Origin: Piedraia hortae CBS 480.64
Lineage: Eukaryota
Assembly (NCBI GenBank): GCA_010093745.1
Contig: MU005958.1
Span: 496,001-560,000, forward strand
DNA length: 64,000 nt
Direction of reading: 5' to 3'
A program made the translations under genes and the position numbers. Of the stretch, positions 21,148 through 31,583 are shown piece after piece; position 1 is the first letter of the stretch, and every line of letters begins with the position of its first letter. The notes beneath the pieces are model-generated. The model was not told where the DNA came from, ran no database searches, and was given only the letters and a program-made list of their open reading frames with translations.

Positions 21148-23955
21148 CTAAACGTACCACATGGTACCACGAATGCCTCCCTGGTTCGGCATGACCATCA
21201 GCTTCTCAGCGTCTTGCGGGGCCTGCGACGACGGTCCAGACGGTTCCTCATTGCGAATTTCAGACGTTCCGCCACTCCACTTCGGATCGTGCGGGACCGC
21301 CCGGTTCGAGGCAATGTGAGCATAATAGATAGCAGGATGCTGCGAGATGGGAGTCGTCGCCCGAATATACTGGTAGCAGTGCTCATAGATCATCGTCTGG
21401 ATGTCTTCATTCGACATCCTCGTCTCGTTCAGCAGCACATGGTAGTGCATGGGGCGAGCCGTGCCCTTGATGGCGGCGTGCGAGCACAGATAGAAGTCGT
21501 TCTCGTATGGATGAGTTACGCCCGACTCGACCAACGTTCCAGGAAGAGGGTTTCCATTGCGATCACCCCTTTCAGGGAAGAAGCGAACGTGGTGGCGCTT
21601 GGATCCGACAATCACCAGGAATTGGGGCATTACACCCTGGTTGGCGCTCTTCAACAGCGCCTTCATGTCGTGAACCTCAGAGTCCAGCACTTGCTGGTAC
21701 TGGCCCTCAGAAACGCCATCACGGAAGTAGATGATCGTTTGGGGGAAGCGGCCTCCACCGCAATTCTGCATCCATTCCTGAATCAATGGTTTGACCATGC
21801 CATTGATGTTTTCCGTCGTGATCATTTCCTGGCGGTAGCCATTGGTCTCGCACGTAGCAGCATAACGCAGCGCAAGCTTATCCACCGAACACGTCATGGC
21901 AGCCATCGAGGGGGCCTGCGAACCGGGGGCCGCGTGCGACACGTCTGCACCGATGATGACTGTCGGGGTAGGGAACAGTCCAGTTGGGCCTCCGGACTTT
22001 GGTCCAATGGCGCGGGCAGACGAACCACCGAGCTTGGCATTGACCTTCATGCACACATTAGAGATGTACTGGCCCTGGGCCTTTTGGGCATGGGCGTACT
22101 GGACGCATTGAGATACCACGCCATAGCGGCAGTCGCAAGACCGCTTGATACGACCGTAGTTACCACTGTCCTTGTCTGGTAAGATGAAGAATAGGAGCTG
22201 CGGCCGGTACTGAGCTTGATTCCCGGCCGCGTTCCAGGCTTCAGTTACCATTCCTCCGACGTCCTCGCCCGTCCCAATGGTGATCTTCGGGTTTTTGTTC
22301 TCAATGTTCCCACCATGGCCTTGGTACACGCGTACGAATTCGCGAACAAAGTTGTTTACGACAGAGGTGTCTGGCTTTCCGCCTCGGCGTCCTGAAAGGA
22401 CGCAAACGGCCCAGGATTTGAGAGGGGCAGCGTTGCCCTGGAGGAATTTCTTCCCCTTGAGATCCCAGCGTCCGGATGTACGTGGGTCAGCAACGCCAAC
22501 GCCATACTGAACCTTGGGAGTCGTGATGAGACGGGCGTCAACCGTTGTACGCTGCGGCGCAATTTTCACGTTGAAGCTGTTCAGGACCGGATCATTGGCC
22601 CAATCCAGCATCTTTAGGCCGTGCTGGATCGATTGCCAGCGTTCCGGTGGCGCAGTCACCGCAAACTTGATCATGGCGGCGGTTTGGCGTTCATTGATCT
22701 TGAAAGGGTAGCGCTGGTTCTCTTTGATCAGGAGAACCTCCATGGGCAGCACAGGCCCATTCTTGCCCGTCATCTTTATGAGAGGCAGATCCGGGAACTG
22801 CAACCGGATGCCGTACTGGCTGGAGAAGTAGTTAAATATGGAAATTTGTTGTCCATCCTTTTCAAACTTGTGATCGCGAGCATTTTGGAACAGAACACGC
22901 TCGATCACGTATTCATCTGCTTGCGGTCTGTTGCGGTGACGGGCATACACACGCAGGCGTTTGAAGCGCTTACGAATGGCATCTCCAACCTTGCTTCTCT
23001 CGCCCTGGCGGAGTGAATAAGTCAAATCATTGACGTCGCGACGATCCGTGAGCTGGACCGCGGCAATATGAAGAGGCTGGCTGATCCAGAATGTTCCGTT
23101 GGCGACATCGACAATGATCGACAGTCGAGCCGGGGCCTGATTATTGCCATGAGTGATACGTAGAGACTGGTACACACCCTTGAACGCCTCAACGCCACCG
23201 TTAAGGTTGTAACGCTGCTGACCACGGGCGAAGAAGCTGCGCTTGATGGACGAATATTTCTGCGACGGCGTCTCACGCAGCATGTGGTCGAAGAAGTTGA
23301 TCGACTCCAGGATTGAGTTATCAAAGTCACACTGGTGGTTGAGGTATCCCTGGAGAATTTGGAAACTAATGGGGTTTGTCGGTTTGATGACGCAGTGGTG
23401 GACATTGGGCTTGCCCTCGCGAGGCTTGCGTCCTTCCTCCTTATCGAGATCGACCTCCACGCGCATCTCGCGCTGAAGGGGGTTGGCGGACCAGGCGAGC
23501 TTGTTGCCATCAAAGATGGTGTTGGCGCCCACAACTTCCTGAACGGCCTTGGAGTTCCACACGCGCTTAATCAAGCCACGTTTCTCGCTGCCACTGTTGA
23601 CCGTGACATCGAACTGATAGACCTGTTTCGTGGGGAAGTTTGTAACTTCAAACGCGTTCAGGCCAACCTTGCAAGGCTGACCGAGCTGAGACGGCTTCGG
23701 GCGAGCAGGGACCAAGTGGGAGTTATTGTACCCACGAACCGTGGACCAGGCGCTGACGCCGAGGTCCAAGTTCTTGGCCGTAATGTTGTGGGGATTGGCG
23801 TTACCATGTCTCTGCGGGCGCTGGCCCTGGCCCGCGTTGTCGGCGGCACCGTCGTAACTGACTACCTTGGCCTGGCTATTAGTGGCATCAGCGGCCGGAG
23901 CGTCAGCGATGGGCGCTTTAAACGCCGCCACCTGGGCAGCACGTCCTGCGGGCAT
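21148..23955 (-). CDS. AGO1: Argonaute (QDE-2/Ago1-like), intronless
   Basis: ArgoN/L1 (GVEAFKGVYQSLR), PAZ (LQFPDLP...LPME), MID (GVVSQC, CMKVNAKLGG) and PIWI domains. The catalytic residues GADVSH, RQE, RDGVSEGQ and YYAH form an intact DEDH tetrad. Confidence 0.96.
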   Translation of the reverse strand: MPAGRAAQVAAFKAPIADAPAADATNSQAKVVSYDGAADNAGQGQRPQRHGNANPHNITAKNLDLGVSAWSTVRGYNNSHLVPARPKPSQLGQPCKVGLNAFEVTNFPTKQVYQFDVTVNSGSEKRGLIKRVWNSKAVQEVVGANTIFDGNKLAWSANPLQREMRVEVDLDKEEGRKPREGKPNVHHCVIKPTNPISFQILQGYLNHQCDFDNSILESINFFDHMLRETPSQKYSSIKRSFFARGQQRYNLNGGVEAFKGVYQSLRITHGNNQAPARLSIIVDVANGTFWISQPLHIAAVQLTDRRDVNDLTYSLRQGERSKVGDAIRKRFKRLRVYARHRNRPQADEYVIERVLFQNARDHKFEKDGQQISIFNYFSSQYGIRLQFPDLPLIKMTGKNGPVLPMEVLLIKENQRYPFKINERQTAAMIKFAVTAPPERWQSIQHGLKMLDWANDPVLNSFNVKIAPQRTTVDARLITTPKVQYGVGVADPRTSGRWDLKGKKFLQGNAAPLKSWAVCVLSGRRGGKPDTSVVNNFVREFVRVYQGHGGNIENKNPKITIGTGEDVGGMVTEAWNAAGNQAQYRPQLLFFILPDKDSGNYGRIKRSCDCRYGVVSQCVQYAHAQKAQGQYISNVCMKVNAKLGGSSARAIGPKSGGPTGLFPTPTVIIGADVSHAAPGSQAPSMAAMTCSVDKLALRYAATCETNGYRQEMITTENINGMVKPLIQEWMQNCGGGRFPQTIIYFRDGVSEGQYQQVLDSEVHDMKALLKSANQGVMPQFLVIVGSKRHHVRFFPERGDRNGNPLPGTLVESGVTHPYENDFYLCSHAAIKGTARPMHYHVLLNETRMSNEDIQTMIYEHCYQYIRATTPISQHPAIYYAHIASNRAVPHDPKWSGGTSEIRNEEPSGPSSQAPQDAEKLMVMPNQGGIRGTMWYV

Positions 23956-24599
23956 GACGGAGGTATCGGGCTGGAGAGCGAGTGAGTAAAGGATGTGAGG
24001 AGGTGAGGAGGTGAGGAGGAGGTGGTGGTGGTAGTAGTAGTGGTGGGGTAGGTGGGAGGTGAGGAGAAAATAACGTTACTTTGTGCAATTCCAGTAAAAA
24101 AATATAATGTAACGTACCGTACCGGAAATACGCGGCGGGGTTGTTGTTTGGAGGTCACAAACAACCTTCAATGTATGGCGAACGAGATGGTGGCGTGAAA
24201 GACAAAGGGTTGTGCGTGCGTGAGAGTGTGAAGAAAAGAGAAGAAGAACAGAGCTGAAGGCGAAGTTGCAGACGCCTGAACAATGTTTTACTTGCCGCCC
24301 AAACTCGCAAGGGGCTACATGCACCCCCACAATAGATGAGACAATGAAGACCAAACGGCATGGATGAGAAGATAGATCAATGGATGCGTGAAGCTGCTTG
24401 CATATGATGCGGTGTCTACATAACAATCGCTTCATTATCACCAACGCATGCTTAATATCATGCTGGCGTTTGGGGATTAGGTCCTAACTCGAGGCAAGAC
24501 TTTCACGCCTCAACATAGGGGATTTCCAAGCAGGGCGGTAACTTTCCGCGCGGCTGGCTACCGCACTGCCTTGATGATGACAAGACGACCAGTCTGCGA

Positions 24600-26200
24600 G
24601 AGGCCGAGATGGCATCGTCCCGCTGGCACCAACGACTTTAGGATTTGTCATTACGGAACCAACGCCAACTCATTCACCACTGAGTTGTTGGTTCAGCTCT
24701 TCAAACTTTGAGCGTTAAGCTAAGCAGCAAGAGGGTATGGAGATTTATATTACATAATTATCGCCATAGGATACAATAGATGGCATCACTTTCGCCTGCC
24801 TAGTTAGATGTATTGATGGTATTATCATCCGGCCCATTTCAGCCCGTTGCACTGCAAAGCCATGCGCATAGGCCTTGAGAACTGGCCATGGGCTCTTTTG
24901 GGTCGATTTTGCACAGGAAGAGCATATTGGGAACCGCTTTGACGTCAATACTAAGAAAAGTCACGTTGTTCGTGAGCATCTTCATCTGATAGAGCAACTC
25001 ATGGTTGCCGTGAAACCACCACCGGTGAGTGCGTTTGCGTGATAGCTAAGCGGGTAATGTGCAATTACTAGCTTTTGGATGGAAGCTGCGCAACGGCATG
25101 ACAGGTATCTCCCGCTTGAGCTAGAAAATCAACGGAGGAAGGTGTTTTGGAGTAGAACAGGTCTAGCGGGTTATAAGGCGGTCAGCTCGTGGCTAACATT
25201 GTCTCCATGACCGTCTGCCCAATCCACGGAATGGAAGGTTTAGACTCGTTCAGGCATCATATCATGGACGGCTCGCAGGAGGAAAAGAGATCATCTGTCG
25301 TAGCCGTCATAATGACCTGTCTAGAGTGAACTAACCCAGTCCGTTGCTGGAGCTCAACCAACCTATGGCGTACAACTGAAGATAACCAAACTTAGCAATG
25401 CATCGCGCGATAGTATGACATCTGCTCTATCCAGTTAGCCCATTTTCAACCGTTCATAAGCTTCACGGCGCATATTTGCGGTTAATCGACCAGTACAGGC
25501 CACAGTGCAGTCCGCTGCATACATGCCATCGCCAGCTGAGTCCGTGGGGGACACTGAGCCACCGGGAACGTTCTTGCAATATTGCCTCCAGAATTAAACA
25601 GGGTAGGCCACTGCATACGAGTCTCAACACATATGTTGAATGGTGCTCTTGACAGCAATTGGCTTGCCATGACAGCAGCTGCAATTAAATAACGGCCGAT
25701 ATTCGTCTCGACCTTGAAACCATGCAATGGAGGCGCAATATATTTGGTGGGCTGTACCAACATCTCACTGGAACATTATCAATGGTCGCCGATCATGAGG
25801 GAGAATTGAACGATCAGGGACAGAAGGCACTCAAGCAGAGAAGTGATCTCCACGGCGATCTCCTTATGGTTGTTGCATCTGGAATATTTGCTCTCCGATA
25901 TGTCAGTCTCGTGCATGAAATGGAGGGCATTATAGTGCACGCATTGCACGTTCCTGGAGCCTTAGATGACAATCTCATAGGAAATCCGAGCCCTGTATTC
26001 CTGGCGGTTCAAGGTTTTCTCCCGCCGCCTGTATCGCCCATTAAGATCACGCTGACTTCGGCGGTTGCACGACTGGTGGAAACCACGACCAGGCCTGACA
26101 AACTCGCTTTCGGGCTGGAGGCGGCGGACCCTGGGGCAGCGGTGGCACGTCGGGAAATCTTCAGCGACGGGTGTTTGCGGATGTAGAGGGGACACGCGAG
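24600..26200 (-). mobile_element. Highly degenerate Helitron (RepHel N-terminal/Rep region) relic
   Basis: Collinear Helitron-like motifs across stops and frameshifts: TCHRC...CN (~26150), NVQCVHYNALHFMHE...YSRC (~25950), FKVETNIGRY, REAYERL, PPYNPL (~25170), GRMIIPS...YGDNYVI (~24830) and FEELNQQL...NPKVV. A GC-rich hairpin lies at 26356-26380. Confidence 0.6.
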
Positions 26201-26670
26201 CGGCGATGATCGAAACAGTACGGCATGTTTCAGAAAGGAAAGGAGAGCTGTCGCATTGAGCACCACGAGATGAGGCGACGTTTAGGTCACGGACATCTTG
26301 CAGACGACTGCTCCATAAATATTAGACGTGGGATCGGTTAGGTAGCTTATACCCTGACGGCGGGGTTTAATCCCGCCGTCTAACGCCCAATAGGGATATA
26401 TATAGACTTACTTAAAAAAAAAAAGACGTGCTTACCAAAAGGTAAAGATCGCCATTCCAGCACACGCCTAATGCGTCTAAGCAGGCATCAGACAAACGCT
26501 TCCAAAAGTGACCTTCACGTGAAATTCTCGATCTCTCCGCATATGGATGATACCAAAGTAAAGCGTCACGCGATTATGGTAGCATGGAGGAGACGCTGGC
26601 TATTGGTTTCCTTCTGGACTAGGCTATCATTGTATTCTACAAACCCATTCAAAAAAAAAAAAAAAAACTC

Positions 26671-29667
26671 CTAGTTGCCATGCCGGCCGAGGTACATTTG
26701 AGAAAACTGCTGGGCCGACATTTTGCCCATCACAGGCATCGCCGACCGTAACCTTTCCACATCTATGTCTCTCATTAGGCCCACCATCCGCTGAGCATCA
26801 AACTGCCTTGAATGATAGTCCCGCGCAGAGGGAAGCATCTGTAAGAACAACATGACTTCCTGCGGCAAGCGAGGTGGTAGGGGAGGCGCCGGCACAGGCT
26901 GTGGTGCTCCAGCCGGAATATATGACTTGGTAATGAACGCTGAGCCACTGCTGCCCGCGTTGGTGATGAGTGTTCCGCCACCTGTACTGGTAGTTGCTCC
27001 TCCGCTGTTTGCAATTTTCCGCCCAGCCGCGCCTTTGAGGGGAGGGCTATCGGTGCGCAAGAATTTCCGGCTGCGGCCCGACTCTTCTTCGTCCTCTTCC
27101 AGGCGCCTTTTCGGACTGGCAATGTACGGTCCATTTGGACCCAGTTGCAATTTGCCCTCCGGTGCTGTCTCCGCCATCGGCTCGGCAGCTATGGCCACTG
27201 TTGGCTTCGTCCTCTCCTGCTGTGGGCTAATTGCGACTTCGTCAAGTATTACATCAAACGTCTCTGAGCGGAACCGGTGGCAGAATCGTAAGAGTTCCGG
27301 CTCGTCAGGAAACATGTCCCGCATTCGCTTTTCCAGCTGCTGCATCTGCAAAAGGTCGCCATACTCGGCCTCGTACCTGTGCATAAAACCGAGAAGCGGT
27401 CGACTCTTGGCACGTCGCTGTTCTTCGTCCAGCGGACTGTCTTTGATTTTAGCCATCGTCTTCTCAAACACGACGCGGGCATTTGTGATATCGTAGCTGT
27501 GTACGAGGTGCTGCATGTATTCCAGCGCAAACACTTCGTCTGTGGGGAACAGTTTAAGGCCACGCTCGAAGATCTTGTTGCAGGTGGCAGTGTCTTTAAA
27601 GCAGTACCGCTCGATGAGGGCAGCAGCAATGTAGACGTCGCGCGTCAACTGGCCCCTCGGCCTAGACTCTGCAAAGACACCACGTGCGCCCTTGAGAGGC
27701 CTCCCGGGCACGCCCTGGCCCTGCACACGCGCAAAAGCTCGCATCTTGGCGATCCAGACTTGCGAAATCAGGCGCCTGATCGTCTCCGCCCGTGTTTTGT
27801 AGGCATCGCGTACGCTGGTCTTCTCAGCTTCTAGTTTTTCCTCTTTGGTCTTCGCACGGGGGGCATCTTCGTCGTCGTTGTTGCCCCTGGTGATTTCTTC
27901 TGTGTCTTCCTCTGGGGACAGCTTGGCAGCATGATCCTCGACTTCTTGTAGCGCCTGCTTCTCGCGCTCTGCGAGCTTGTCCCGCAGTGCATAAAGAGCC
28001 TTGTGGCAGAACTCAAATGGTACGTTCAGCTTCTCTCCATTGTCGATGGCGATCTGATTGGTTGAATTTGGTGCCAGACCCTGTTCGATTCGATCAGCCT
28101 TCTTCAGCGCAAGCAGCACAGATTCCGGGTTGGCTGAGATTCCAGAGTCCAAGAAGCTCTCTCCTTGTGCAGTCAGCTCGTCGCCTCTAACATCTTTGGC
28201 TGCTTCATCAAAGCACCACTGCGCGGCTTCGACCCAGATGGCAGGATAAAAGCGGAGGTGCATACATGCTTGCTTATAGACGTATAGCACACGCTGGCGA
28301 TAGAGTGCCAGCTCGTCATCCTGCAACACCAGCGGATCTCCACGTTCCCATTCGATCCAGCGTTCCCACAATTTGACCTGGGTCTGAAAGGCCTCATCGC
28401 CCTCGCAACCGTGCAGAGGAGGTAGGACGGGCAAACTGCCGCGGTTTATTCCTTTGACGATTTCTTCCTGCTGGTTTCGTGCCGTCTTGGCTTGCACATA
28501 ATGGGGGCTCTGCTCGTTGAGGGCCTTGCGTCCGTTGGCCTTGTTTAGGCTCATCTCAAAGGCGTCGTAGTCTTTCCAGAGTCGAATCAGTTCAGATGTT
28601 GGTACTCTGATGGCGCGCTGATACGCGGCTCTGATCAGATCGGCCTTTTGTAGGTCTTCCCAGCGCTCGCCGCCCACGGTGCCCCGAGCAGACTTGTGAA
28701 AATCAATGTATTCGCGCCAGAGAGTCCCCGCATCTGGATCGATGCCGACCGTGTTCAACACCGCTTCAAAGGCTCGTAGCACCACGCCGCGACTCTGGTT
28801 GGTAGGGTCGGAGATGATGGGGAAGATGCGGCGCACATGGTCCAGATAAAGGCTCCAGAGCTCTACGTCTGGCACCTGCGGCAAGGCTCGGGTGAACACA
28901 GCCTCGACTTGCTGTCTGTTGTTGGAAAGCGTGCGCGCATACTTGATCCAGAGCATGGGAGCAATAGGAAAGACCTCCAGCATGCGTTCAAACACTGCCT
29001 TCATCTTGTCCGGCTGGTCCTTGTCCTTGTAGTGAGCCAATAGCTCAAGCCACGCGGCAGTGTCGCCCTTGGGGTCATCCTTAATGCGATCCTCCAGGCG
29101 GCCGACTTTGTCGTGCGGCAGTCTCTGGGTTGCAACTGATAGCTCAGTGTCTATGTGTGCATTGACTTCGTCCGGCTGCACTGGGTGCGGGTGACTGTCA
29201 GGGGCTAAGGCATGGGAGGGTTCCTTACTCTCTTGGCGTACGACTGGATCATTACTCTCTTGATGCACCGCTGGGTCCTTACTCTCTTGACGCACTGTTA
29301 AATCTGGGAGGGCACGGGACGCGGAGTCAACAGGAAGTGCAGAGAAGGAGTGGTCAGTACTGGCAGCATCTGAAGCTGCGCCGGGGAGTTGTGCGGGTTC
29401 GCTAGCTATGGAAATATCCTGGACGGCGCCTGCTCTACCCGCCTGCAACGGGGAAGCCGGCTCCGTATCCTGATCTTCAACATCGCTATCGTTCATGATG
29501 AAGCCGGCGGTCATCTTGGGCGCGCTCGACTGCTCTGCGTTGTGCGCAAATGACGCGGGCTCATAATCTTCGTCATCGCCAGCTTCTGGCATCGTCATAT
29601 GGAAGGCGCTCTGTTGCGCTACGTCCACGTCATATTGGATGATTGCGGCGGGGTTATAGGCCGCCAT
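26671..29667 (-). CDS. RNA14: mRNA 3'-end processing factor (CstF-77/Suf family, HAT repeats)
   Basis: RLPHDKVGRLEDRI, VELWSLYLDHVRR, IRAAYQRAI, KIFERGLKLF and NARVVFE. Intronless. Confidence 0.93.
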   Translation of the reverse strand: MAAYNPAAIIQYDVDVAQQSAFHMTMPEAGDDEDYEPASFAHNAEQSSAPKMTAGFIMNDSDVEDQDTEPASPLQAGRAGAVQDISIASEPAQLPGAASDAASTDHSFSALPVDSASRALPDLTVRQESKDPAVHQESNDPVVRQESKEPSHALAPDSHPHPVQPDEVNAHIDTELSVATQRLPHDKVGRLEDRIKDDPKGDTAAWLELLAHYKDKDQPDKMKAVFERMLEVFPIAPMLWIKYARTLSNNRQQVEAVFTRALPQVPDVELWSLYLDHVRRIFPIISDPTNQSRGVVLRAFEAVLNTVGIDPDAGTLWREYIDFHKSARGTVGGERWEDLQKADLIRAAYQRAIRVPTSELIRLWKDYDAFEMSLNKANGRKALNEQSPHYVQAKTARNQQEEIVKGINRGSLPVLPPLHGCEGDEAFQTQVKLWERWIEWERGDPLVLQDDELALYRQRVLYVYKQACMHLRFYPAIWVEAAQWCFDEAAKDVRGDELTAQGESFLDSGISANPESVLLALKKADRIEQGLAPNSTNQIAIDNGEKLNVPFEFCHKALYALRDKLAEREKQALQEVEDHAAKLSPEEDTEEITRGNNDDEDAPRAKTKEEKLEAEKTSVRDAYKTRAETIRRLISQVWIAKMRAFARVQGQGVPGRPLKGARGVFAESRPRGQLTRDVYIAAALIERYCFKDTATCNKIFERGLKLFPTDEVFALEYMQHLVHSYDITNARVVFEKTMAKIKDSPLDEEQRRAKSRPLLGFMHRYEAEYGDLLQMQQLEKRMRDMFPDEPELLRFCHRFRSETFDVILDEVAISPQQERTKPTVAIAAEPMAETAPEGKLQLGPNGPYIASPKRRLEEDEEESGRSRKFLRTDSPPLKGAAGRKIANSGGATTSTGGGTLITNAGSSGSAFITKSYIPAGAPQPVPAPPLPPRLPQEVMLFLQMLPSARDYHSRQFDAQRMVGLMRDIDVERLRSAMPVMGKMSAQQFSQMYLGRHGN
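29222..29296 (-). repeat. 27-nt coding tandem repeat (x~3) in the RNA14 N-terminal linker
   Basis: Encodes VRQESKDPA-VHQESNDPV-VRQESKEP. Confidence 0.85.
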
Positions 29668-30022
29668 GGTTGCGCGGCTGACCTCGGCGCGCCGAGGATA
29701 GTGTGTTCGCCTAAGAGGTCTCTCGGCTTGTACAGAATGAAAAAGCAGTGCTGATGTATCCGAATGTTATATTTTGGCAATTGCGCGTGTGTGGGAGAGA
29801 GAGTGATGTTGTTGCATGGAAACAAAGACTGGGACTGATACGCGTCAAGATTCACTGAAGTGAAGTTGCGCCGCACGCGGCCCGACGGGTCGTCCCGGCC
29901 CCGCACCGTTACGTCACGTGCTGCATGTGCAACTTTCTTTCCGTTTTCGGACAGCAAACGTCAGCACGTCGTTCCTGAGAAGGTCAGACAGACTGTCGAA
30001 TTGCTGTAGCCTTTGAATTGCC

Positions 30023-31046
30023 ATGTCCTCGGGTCCGGGATGGAGCTCCGTACGAGTCCCACCGTTCTTCCGTCGATTGCTCAAGTTTACGTCAATGGAC
30101 TTTGAAACTGTACGAAGCTTTCGTTGATAAGGCTATCATGTTTTAATGCTGAAACTGATCAGGCTGTGTGGGAGATGACACAACTTATTGCTGCTCCGAA
30201 GAAAGTATTCCGCAACATCTATTACCATGTAAGACCTGGCCCTTACCCTTGTGTGGCCTCGCTGATGTCAATACAGAAACGTAAAAATGGCCATCTGGTC
30301 TATCCAAGCCTTTTTAACGCTAACATTGGACCCAGAGACGAAGAACTCGTATCACCGTGCTGACCCGGCGTTTACCTATCTCTTACTCCTCTTCTATCTA
30401 CTCTCAGGCCTTGCCTGGGGCCTAGCTTACGCCGGTGGTTTCGGTCAAACAGCAAGGATCGCTTTTGTCTTTGGGTTCGGTCATTTCCTTGGCGCGGCGC
30501 TCTTAGTCTCAATTTTCATGTATTTTCTGGTCGGCCGAGTGTTGGGCAAGCGGCGACAGGGCCTATTTGGTCCTCCCAGCCGAGATCAAGAGTTGCTTGA
30601 ATTCGGGTACTGCTACGATGTAAAAATACCCTGCTGGTGTATCTAGGTGATTGTGCTGACCTTTTCTTCCTAGGTCTCCATCCGCGCCTTTTTCCCAGTG
30701 TGGTTCTTTTTATATGTCCTGCAGTTCCTCCTCATGCCGCTTATTGCGCAGGACTACTGGGTTTCAAACTTTTTTGGCAACACAATGTACCTTGCTGCGC
30801 AAAGCTATTATTTCGTTGTCACGTTTTTGGGCTACAATGGTACGAGTTGGCCCACCAAAACGTTATATACTCTTACTTTGGCTAACTCGCATTCTAGCTC
30901 TACCGCTCCTTCGTCGAACAGAGGTTCTTCTTACTCCCATACCCGTTCTTGCGATTATATGGTTCATCAGCATCTTCACTTTCGATTGTGCGACCAACCT
31001 GGCACCTGTATTATGGTGCGGCGTGGACTTGAGAAAGCCCGTCTAG
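30023..31046 (+). CDS. GMH1: UNC-50/Gmh1 Golgi membrane protein, six exons including a 4-nt micro-exon
   Basis: Spliced product FRRLLKFTSMDFETAVWEM...YYHKQTKNSYHRADP...LEFGYCYDVSIRAF. Introns 30110-30162, 30229-30276, 30281-30335, 30620-30673 and 30840-30897. Confidence 0.9.
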
Positions 31047-31583
31047 GTTCTTGTCTCTCTAATGTAAAGTCAGGGGTTTAACAGCTGATAAGTTTAATAG
31101 ACATGGCGTTTCGGGTCATTTTCATGATGCATGTATGAAATTTGTTACAATCGAGTGTGAATGTAGGTAGTAGAATGAAAGTCCAAGTCCGCCAACCTTC
31201 AAGGCTGTAAATCGCGTACAGTCTGAAACAAGGCCGTTAAGAAGGTAAATAGGAATAAATAGTGGGGCATTCAGGCACCTTCATCAGACATCATGGATCG
31301 ATCCGACCCGAGATTACGCGGAAATGCTAATGTAGTCCCAGTTGATCTTCCTCAAACAGAAACTTTCAATGATTCACAGGGTCGGGCCGGTCCTTGAAGT
31401 CTGGTTGATGCCTGAAAGCCCCACAATTTATCCCTATTTACTTTCTTAACGGCCCTGGCCTGAAATTCAGACTTGAATCGATGACCGGAGCTAAATGCCT
31501 TGTTGCTGTGGCAACGAGTGTGCGTCAGTGCAAAGGTCAAGTACAACAACCACATCTTAACCTTCCCCTGATACGATAGACAC

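Noticed and set aside
21070..22182. 370-aa ORF antisense to the Argonaute PIWI region
   Set aside because: It lies opposite a conserved GC-rich CDS and has no recognisable motifs; typical antisense shadow ORF.
25722..26186. 154-aa plus-strand ORF in the Argonaute-RNA14 gap
   Set aside because: No recognisable family; better explained as the antisense of the Helitron relic.
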